NCBI GenBank assembly: GCA_964349095.1
Contig: CAYGFD010000001.1
Location: forward strand, 13,867-56,580
Source: an uncultured Gammaproteobacteria bacterium
Lineage (GTDB): Bacteria; Patescibacteriota; Patescibacteriia; Veblenbacterales; UBA10138
Direction: 5' to 3'
DNA: 42,714 bases
The notes under the pieces were generated by a model. That model was not told where the DNA came from. It made no database searches and saw only the letters and a program-made list of their open reading frames with translations. Position 1 is the stretch's first letter. Each line of letters opens with the position of its first letter. Shown one piece after another: positions 32,425 through 38,739 of this stretch. The position numbers were made by a program, and so were the translations under genes.

Positions 32425-32991
32425 ATGAAAACAGCAATTATAATACATGGCTACAATAATAAGTCGGAATATTTAGATACAAGCCGTCCATCTGCTTCTA
32501 ACGATCATTGGATTCCTTGGATTCAAAGACAGCTTTTGCTAAATGGAATTGAAGCCCAGACCCCAGAAATGCCAGGATTTTATCAGCCGAATTATGAAAA
32601 ATGGAGAGAAGCTCTGGAAAAGTTTGGCGTTGATGAGAACACTATGTTGGTTGGACATAGTTGTGGCGGAGGCTTTCTTGTAAGGTGGCTAAGCGAAAAT
32701 AATGTAAAAGTCGGAAAAGTTGTTTTGGTTGCTCCTTGGTTAGATCCAGAAGAGAAGATTATCCCTAACTTTTTTAAATTTGAAATTAATCCCGATATAT
32801 CCGCGAAGACAGCAGATCTTACAATAATGTATTCAACAGATGACGACCCCTCGATACTAAAAAGTATTGAAATTCTTAAGGCTAAATTAAAGAATGTTAA
32901 ATTCAAAGAGTATCACGACAAAGGCCATTTTGTATTAGGTGATTTAAAGACAGAAAAATTCCCAGAACTCTTATCTATTCTTCTGGATTAG
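32425..32991 (+). CDS. Alpha/beta hydrolase, YdeN/RBBP9-like serine hydrolase family
   Basis: IIIHGY...HWIPW... nucleophile elbow GHSCGG ... C-terminal D and H (GHF). 188 aa. Confidence 0.7.
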   Translation: MKTAIIIHGYNNKSEYLDTSRPSASNDHWIPWIQRQLLLNGIEAQTPEMPGFYQPNYEKWREALEKFGVDENTMLVGHSCGGGFLVRWLSENNVKVGKVVLVAPWLDPEEKIIPNFFKFEINPDISAKTADLTIMYSTDDDPSILKSIEILKAKLKNVKFKEYHDKGHFVLGDLKTEKFPELLSILLD

Positions 32992-33161
32992 CGCTCAAGA
33001 CCAGTCGTTAGTGATAAAATGGCATTGGTCTAAATCAGCCGTGCCGGTTTTGACCATTAAAAGGTCTGAGCTCAAGCTCGCCAGCCAGTTTGAGCGTACA
33101 ACCGCAGTTTCATTGTCGGCAGATGGTAGGCACCGCAGTCAAACTATTGTAAAATTTAAAC

Positions 33162-34517
33162 ATGTTTAAGTTTTCGAATGAAGTACACGCCGAAGCTAAG
33201 GAAAAAGCTATGCGCGCAGGCGGTAAGAAGACTAAAGGTCTAAAAAAGATTAGTCGATTTTTACGTATATTTGGTCCAGGTATTGTCACTGGTGCGGCCG
33301 ATGATGATCCGTCTGGAATTGCGACATACTCCCAAGGAGGAGCGCAGTTTGGTTTTCAGATGCCGTGGACAATGCTATTTACTCTTCCGCTCATGACCTC
33401 AGTACAGGAAGCATGCATGCGCATCGGAGCTGTAACAGGCAAAGGATTGGCTGCGGTCATCCGAGATAACTATTCAAAGAAAATATTATATGCGGTAGTG
33501 CTCCTAGTTGTGTGTGCGAATACCCTCAATATAGGCTCAGACCTTGGAGCAATGGCCGCGAGTACAAGGCTCATTTTCCCCGACATACCGTTTGCAGTCC
33601 TGACCGTTGGGTTTGCGATTCTTATGATTCTCTTGGAAGTTTTTATTCCGTATCGCAGCTATATCCGTATTTTAAAATGGCTGGCAACAGCACTGTTCGC
33701 TTATATGATCACTGCATTCCTTGTGGCAGTACCATGGACAGCTGTCATTACGGCCACTCTCGTTCCGCATATACAATGGAGCAGTGAATATCTGTATATT
33801 ATTGTGGCAATTTTTGGCACCACGATCTCGCCCTATCTTTTCTTCTGGCAGACAAGTAATGTCGTTGAAGACGAAATAATGGAACACCGGCTTACTCAGG
33901 GCGGTGGAATTCCCAAACTCTCCCGCTCTTATTTGAAACGGCTTCGCATTGATAATGCACTGGGTATGTTTTTCTCCAATTTTATGGCCTGGTTTATGAT
34001 TGTGGTCGGTGCGGTCGTGCTCAATCAGGCCGGAGTGACAAATATAAATTCGGCTGCCGATGCGGCAAAAGCCCTTGAACCCTTAGTGCATACGTTTCCT
34101 AACGCAGGCCTCCTTGCTAAAATTATTTTCTCCGTCGGTATTATTGGGATTGGTCTCCAGAGCATTCCAGTTCTGGCTGGAAGTTCAGCATATGCTGTTG
34201 CCGAAACATTCAGCTGGAAAGAAGGGTTGTTCCGTAAATTCAAACAATCTCGAAATTTTTATTTCGTCATTATTTTGGGGACTTTAGTAGGTTTGATTTT
34301 TAACTTTATCGGATTTGACCCGATAAAGGCGCTCGTATTTACCGCGGTATTTAACGGTATTGCAGCCGTACCGCTTATTTTTCTTATCACGCGTATTTCC
34401 AGTAGGGAAGATATCTTGGGAGAGCATAAAAGTGGAATTGGCTCGCGTCTGGGCCTATGGACCGCCTTTATCGTTATGGGTGTATTTGCTGTGGCATTAA
34501 TCCTATCGTTTGTTTAG
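33162..34517 (+). CDS. NRAMP/SLC11-related transporter with non-canonical metal-site motifs
   Basis: GPGIVTGAADDDPSGIATYSQGGAQFG (TM1 motif with DPSG in place of DPGN) and FGTTISPYLFFWQ (TM6 motif in place of A..MPHN). About 11 TM. Confidence 0.85.
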   Translation: MFKFSNEVHAEAKEKAMRAGGKKTKGLKKISRFLRIFGPGIVTGAADDDPSGIATYSQGGAQFGFQMPWTMLFTLPLMTSVQEACMRIGAVTGKGLAAVIRDNYSKKILYAVVLLVVCANTLNIGSDLGAMAASTRLIFPDIPFAVLTVGFAILMILLEVFIPYRSYIRILKWLATALFAYMITAFLVAVPWTAVITATLVPHIQWSSEYLYIIVAIFGTTISPYLFFWQTSNVVEDEIMEHRLTQGGGIPKLSRSYLKRLRIDNALGMFFSNFMAWFMIVVGAVVLNQAGVTNINSAADAAKALEPLVHTFPNAGLLAKIIFSVGIIGIGLQSIPVLAGSSAYAVAETFSWKEGLFRKFKQSRNFYFVIILGTLVGLIFNFIGFDPIKALVFTAVFNGIAAVPLIFLITRISSREDILGEHKSGIGSRLGLWTAFIVMGVFAVALILSFV

Positions 34518-34554
34518 TTATCTGCTGCGACTCTACAGTGCTTTATTGAAAAAG

Positions 34555-34580
34555 TAACTAGATAAGACTAGTTATTTTTT
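34555..34580 (+). terminator. Intrinsic terminator after the NRAMP-related gene
   Basis: TAACTAG / CTAGTTA stem, 6-nt loop, T6 tract. Confidence 0.75.
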
Positions 34581-34620
34581 GTATATGGATATATTTTAAT
34601 AGAAGGACTATGATAATTAT

Positions 34621-35274
34621 ATGAGCAACAAAGTAATTAAAGTAATAACCATTTTATTAATCGCAGCCTCTGTATTGATAGGGTTATATGCTTATCCACA
34701 ACTACCGGAGCGGGTAGCTTCGCACTGGAACGCAGCCGGAGAAGTGGATGGTTACATGTCCCGTTTCTGGGGTGTGTTTATATTGCCGATAATTTTAGTA
34801 GCGATGTATTTACTTTTAATCTTCTTCCCGCGTATTGATCCTTTTAAAAAAAATATTGAATCATTTAAACAATATTACAACGGGATTATATTGACGATTA
34901 TTGTTTTTCTATTCTATGTTTATATACTTTCGATAGCTGCAAATCTAGGTTGGGAATTTAATATGACTTTGGCTATTATACCAATGATGGCTATATTTAT
35001 ATTTGTTCTTGGCGCGCTCTTAAAGAAGACTAAGCGCAATTGGTTTATGGGGATTAGGACGCCTTGGACATTATCTAGCGACAGCGTTTGGGATAAAACG
35101 CATTTACTCGGTAGTAAGCTATTTATGATGGCGGGCGTTATAACTATTTTTGGAATATTTTTTCCCAAATACACTTTGTATTTAGGTATTTTTCCTCTGA
35201 TAATCGCAGCTGTTGTAACAATCATTTACTCCTACATTTTTTTTCAACAAGAACAGAGACAAAGTTCCAAATAA
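34621..35274 (+). CDS. SdpI/YhfL-family membrane protein with N-terminal DUF1648-like segment
   Basis: YPQLPERVASHWNAAGEVDGY (DUF1648-like) and NWFMGIRTPWTLSSDSVWDKTH (SdpI-family motif). Multiple TM helices. Confidence 0.7.
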   Translation: MSNKVIKVITILLIAASVLIGLYAYPQLPERVASHWNAAGEVDGYMSRFWGVFILPIILVAMYLLLIFFPRIDPFKKNIESFKQYYNGIILTIIVFLFYVYILSIAANLGWEFNMTLAIIPMMAIFIFVLGALLKKTKRNWFMGIRTPWTLSSDSVWDKTHLLGSKLFMMAGVITIFGIFFPKYTLYLGIFPLIIAAVVTIIYSYIFFQQEQRQSSK

Positions 35275-35277
35275 AAA

Positions 35278-35298
35278 AAGCCCAGATGTTTTGGGCTT
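35278..35298 (-). terminator. Hairpin terminator with its U-tract on the minus strand (ends the 35549-35307 ORF)
   Basis: AAGCCCA / TGGGCTT stem. The A-run on plus at 35273-35279 gives a T-run on minus after the stem. Confidence 0.65.
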
Positions 35299-35306
35299 GA
35301 TGAAAA

Positions 35307-35549
35307 TTAGGGTGAGAGTAGAAGGCGGTGGGGTTGGGGCACTCGATGGGGTGTGCCGCAGAATTTAATTTTGAGGTGGTCGTGGCGAGCAAGTTCAAGA
35401 GCGAGTTGGTTTTCTGACCATGGCGTCAGGTTTCCACGGCCGATGTTGTTGATCATTCTGGGGTGAGTGTAAAGTTCGTCAATTTCTTGTGGGGTGGCGC
35501 AACCCTCGTGGATTTTTGATAATGAAATTAAAGTAATATTGCGCTCCAT
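35307..35549 (-). CDS. Hypothetical protein (80 aa), GC-rich ORF
   Basis: GGAGGAG SD just upstream of the ATG (35549). Own promoter-like box and terminator. I recognise no family. Confidence 0.5.
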   Translation of the reverse strand: MERNITLISLSKIHEGCATPQEIDELYTHPRMINNIGRGNLTPWSENQLALELARHDHLKIKFCGTPHRVPQPHRLLLSP

Positions 35550-35586
35550 CTCTCCTCCGTAAATTTATAAAGAACGACGCATAGTT

Positions 35587-35615
35587 AGGTTAGACCCTGA
35601 TTTATAATTGGTCAA
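35587..35615 (-). promoter_or_regulatory. Putative promoter of the GC-rich cassette on the minus strand (TTGACC-17-TAACCT)
   Basis: TTGACC at 35615-35610, 17-nt spacer, TAACCT at 35592-35587. The -35 box directly follows the upstream terminator T-run. Confidence 0.4.
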
Positions 35616-35622
35616 TAAAAAA

Positions 35623-35644
35623 AACCTTACTTTGAGGTAAGGTT
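35623..35644 (-). terminator. Intrinsic terminator of the minus-strand membrane gene 36061-35654
   Basis: AACCTTAC / GTAAGGTT stem, 6-nt loop, T8 on the minus strand. Confidence 0.7.
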
Positions 35645-35653
35645 TTGCGTGAC

Positions 35654-36061
35654 TCACAGAATCACATAAGCTTGGGTAATTAGGAGAATGATAACTGAGC
35701 AAAAAAATGACCAGTATATTGAATGAATCTTGTAATCAACCAGTCGATAGTCCCGGACTAATCCCGGTGACTCGGGGTCTGTGGTTAGGACGTAGGTTGC
35801 TAGTCCTATGAATAAAAGAATTCCGACAATCACGGGCACGATGGGGGCCAGCAAGATTAAAACAAGATAGTCAGGATTTACAGCCTCGGCCAGGGAAGTG
35901 AAGTTCAGTGTGGTTAAAATAAATAGAAGAACTAAAGCGAAGCTAATGAAAACAATTGCCGTAATGGCAAGGTTGCGACCCATGTCGTAGGTTTTAACGA
36001 TTCTTATAAATACCAACGACATAAAAGCCACAAGGGCTGAGATAATCCATAAGGCATTCAT
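35654..36061 (-). CDS. Hypothetical integral membrane protein (about 4 TM)
   Basis: Hydrophobic profile, GAGAGGA SD upstream of ATG 36061. Confidence 0.55.
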   Translation of the reverse strand: MNALWIISALVAFMSLVFIRIVKTYDMGRNLAITAIVFISFALVLLFILTTLNFTSLAEAVNPDYLVLILLAPIVPVIVGILLFIGLATYVLTTDPESPGLVRDYRLVDYKIHSIYWSFFCSVIILLITQAYVIL

Positions 36062-36160
36062 TTCATCCTCTCTAATTGGTTATGAACAGTGTTTTTTGCC
36101 ACCTTATCACCTCATTATTTAATAGGCAATAGTTACTACTTCGTATATTTTACAATATTC

Positions 36161-36189
36161 TTGACATAAATGTCATAATATGATATAAT
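36161..36189 (+). promoter_or_regulatory. Consensus sigma-70 promoter (TTGACA-17-TATAAT), -10 box 10 nt from the ATG (leaderless candidate)
   Basis: TTGACA 36161-36166, 17-nt spacer, TATAAT 36184-36189, ATG 36200. No SD. Confidence 0.7.
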
Positions 36190-36199
36190 TAAGTGGTAT

Positions 36200-37321
36200 A
36201 TGAGTGCAGATCAAGGTTCAATTCTTGATAAAATCATTTCAACACAACAGTTTTCCAGAAAGGAACATTTTCGTCCCCAGGAGGTTCTGGCAGAAATAAT
36301 GCGAAGTTTGAATGAAAGAGAGGCGCAAGTTGTTATGCGCCGTTTTGGTTTACCCGATAATGAGCACGAAACTCTGGAAAGTGTTGGTAAAAGCTTCAAT
36401 ATTACTCGCGAAAGGGTAAGGCAGATAGAAAAGTTGGTCATAAATAAGATAAAAGCGAACGATAAGATGCAGGATCTGCTAAGTCCGGTACGAGCGGTTA
36501 TAGTGGAAACTTTAGAAACAGAAGGCGGGGCCATGACCGAGGATCATTTACTTAAGTCACTAAATGACACATCTTCCCAAGATGTTCCTAAAAATACCCT
36601 GTCGTTTTATTTGAACTTTTTACTTGATGATGTCGTTTCTAAAATTAGTGATGAAAATTTTTTGGATGCCTGGATGCTCAAGACCGCGTCGCTTGATGCT
36701 CTGAAAAACCTCAGCAATATTGCAAAAACAATATTGGAAAAAGCTAATCGACCACTATCCGACGAAATTTTATGGCATGAAATGTCCAAAGTAGGGAATT
36801 TATTATCTCCTCTAGGTGACGCGCTTACCGATGTTCGGGTGACGGTTTCGCTTTTGGAAATTTCTAATGATATTAAGCGTAATCCGTATGGTGAATGGGG
36901 GTTAACTGTTTGGGACACTATCACTCCTAAGCGAATGAGTGATAAAATATACTTAGTACTAAAGAAAAAGGGGAGCCCCTTACATTTTAGGGAAATTACC
37001 AATCTAATTAACGATCAAAAGTTTGATCATAAACAGGCGCACGCACCTACGGTGCACAACGAGTTGATTTTGGATAGTCGTTTTGTGTTGGTGGGTCGTG
37101 GAATCTACGCTTTATCAGAGTGGGGATACAAGCCCGGCGCAGTGGCGGATGTGATCGTTGAGATTATAAAGCAAAAAGGTCCGCTTACTAGAGACGAGGT
37201 TGTGACTGAAGTATTATCGCGTAGAGTTGTACAAGCTGGTACAATTCATTTAGCTCTAACTAACAAAAAAATATTTATAAGAAACGAGCAGGGTAAATAT
37301 ACTCTAGCTAATCAAAATTAA
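36200..37321 (+). CDS. Sigma-70 region-4-like HTH fused to HARE-HTH-type winged-helix repeat(s). No sigma region 2.
   Basis: LNEREAQVVMRRFGLPDNEHETLESVGKSFNITRERVRQIEKLVINKIK is sigma region 4.2-like. KIYLVLKKKGSPLHFREITNLIN...TVHNELILDSRFVLVGRGIYALSEWGY is HARE-HTH-like (RpoE-delta N-domain). Weaker similar repeats end in GEWGLTVW and GKYTLAN. Confidence 0.8.
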   Translation: MSADQGSILDKIISTQQFSRKEHFRPQEVLAEIMRSLNEREAQVVMRRFGLPDNEHETLESVGKSFNITRERVRQIEKLVINKIKANDKMQDLLSPVRAVIVETLETEGGAMTEDHLLKSLNDTSSQDVPKNTLSFYLNFLLDDVVSKISDENFLDAWMLKTASLDALKNLSNIAKTILEKANRPLSDEILWHEMSKVGNLLSPLGDALTDVRVTVSLLEISNDIKRNPYGEWGLTVWDTITPKRMSDKIYLVLKKKGSPLHFREITNLINDQKFDHKQAHAPTVHNELILDSRFVLVGRGIYALSEWGYKPGAVADVIVEIIKQKGPLTRDEVVTEVLSRRVVQAGTIHLALTNKKIFIRNEQGKYTLANQN

Positions 37322-37330
37322 AACTAAACT

Positions 37331-38737
37331 ATGGATTGGGAGGCAATCCGGATCTCAATTGAACAATTTACTAATTTAGGCCCTTTAGAACAGCAGTGGT
37401 GGATATTCACACACGGCGGTTGGGCGCTTATTTTATTTATTGGAGTTCCGTTGTGGCTAAAGGAAAGGTTAAGGAGAAAACGCATCGAGCATATCGAGCA
37501 TACTAAGTATGTTTTGTTAGCCTTGGACGTACCAAAAGGTACCGAACAATCACCGAAGGCTGTGGAAAGTATTTTTACTGCTTTGGCTGGTGCGCATAGT
37601 CATGGTAATTTAATTGAGCATTATTGGGATGGCCATGTTCAGGAGCCATTTAGTTTTGAAATAGCTTCTCTAGGCGGTTATATTCAATTTTTTGTTAGAA
37701 CCCCAGAACAATTTCGTGATCTGGTGGAGGCGGCAATTTATGCTCAGTATCCGGACGCTGAAATTATTGAGAGTGAGGACTACGTCGATCGTATTCCGTC
37801 TTTTTATGATACTGAAGAATTTGACTTGTGGGGAACGGAATTAACATTTACTAATAAAAATTATTTTCCCATTAGAACTTATCCGGAATTTGAGCACACC
37901 GCTAGTGAAGATTTTAAGGATCCAATGGCTGGTATTTTGGAAATATTATCGCGTGTTCATCCAGATGAGGATGTTTGGTTGCAATTTTTAGTGACGCCGA
38001 TAGAAGATGAGTGGAAAGAAGAGGGTTTAGCGGTAGTAGAAAAAATGGCTGGCGTCACACATGCAGCTCATAAACCAGGGGTAGCGGCGAGAATGGGCAG
38101 TGGTTTAGTGGAAACACTGAGGGTAATGGGACACTCATTAATACCTTATAATAAGGATGAGGAGACTCATACCACAGAGAAATCTACGACCAATGATAAA
38201 AGAGTAACGCCTGGGCAGAAAGTAATAATGGAAGCGATTGAGAAGAAAATTGCTAAAATTGGATTTAGAGTAAAACCTAGAATGATTTATTGGGGAAGGC
38301 GCGAAACTTTCACTAAGGGCAGAGGAGTAGCCGCAGTTATGGGAGCTATTCAACAATTTAATACTTTAAATTTAAATGGTTTTAAACCATCAAAATTGGT
38401 TACTACTAAAGCCAACTATTTTTTGGTTAAAAGTAGGATAACAAAACGTCAGAGAAAAGTTTTGATTGCTTATAAACGTCGTGACCCGTTTCGAGGTGCT
38501 GGGCCAGGGATTATTTTAAATACTGAAGAATTAGCAACGGTATTCCATTTCCCAGTCGCAACAGTTAAAGCACCGTTGGTGAGAAAAACCGAGTTGAAAA
38601 AGTCGGAGCCACCTTTTGCACTCCCTGTGTTTAGAAGTCAGGGTCGGGTGCAGGTAGACTCTCAAGTTAATAGAGGTGATGAACCTTCTCGAAAGACGGG
38701 TGGCGGATCACCAACTAATTTACCGATTATTGAATAA
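37331..38737 (+). CDS. Membrane-anchored N-module protein (468 aa), homologous to the N-half of ORF 26837-29383
   Basis: TM WWIFTHGGWALILFIGVPLWL. Shared blocks are FSFEIASLGGYIQFFVRTPEQFRDLVEAAIYAQYPDAEIIESEDY vs ISLEIVLKDEVISFYVVVPPVLRSFIEQQILSHYPHANIEAVDDY, and IILNTEELATVFHFPVATVKAP vs IVLNTEELATIYHFPLPSTETP. Confidence 0.75.
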   Translation: MDWEAIRISIEQFTNLGPLEQQWWIFTHGGWALILFIGVPLWLKERLRRKRIEHIEHTKYVLLALDVPKGTEQSPKAVESIFTALAGAHSHGNLIEHYWDGHVQEPFSFEIASLGGYIQFFVRTPEQFRDLVEAAIYAQYPDAEIIESEDYVDRIPSFYDTEEFDLWGTELTFTNKNYFPIRTYPEFEHTASEDFKDPMAGILEILSRVHPDEDVWLQFLVTPIEDEWKEEGLAVVEKMAGVTHAAHKPGVAARMGSGLVETLRVMGHSLIPYNKDEETHTTEKSTTNDKRVTPGQKVIMEAIEKKIAKIGFRVKPRMIYWGRRETFTKGRGVAAVMGAIQQFNTLNLNGFKPSKLVTTKANYFLVKSRITKRQRKVLIAYKRRDPFRGAGPGIILNTEELATVFHFPVATVKAPLVRKTELKKSEPPFALPVFRSQGRVQVDSQVNRGDEPSRKTGGGSPTNLPIIE

Positions 38738-38739
38738 TT

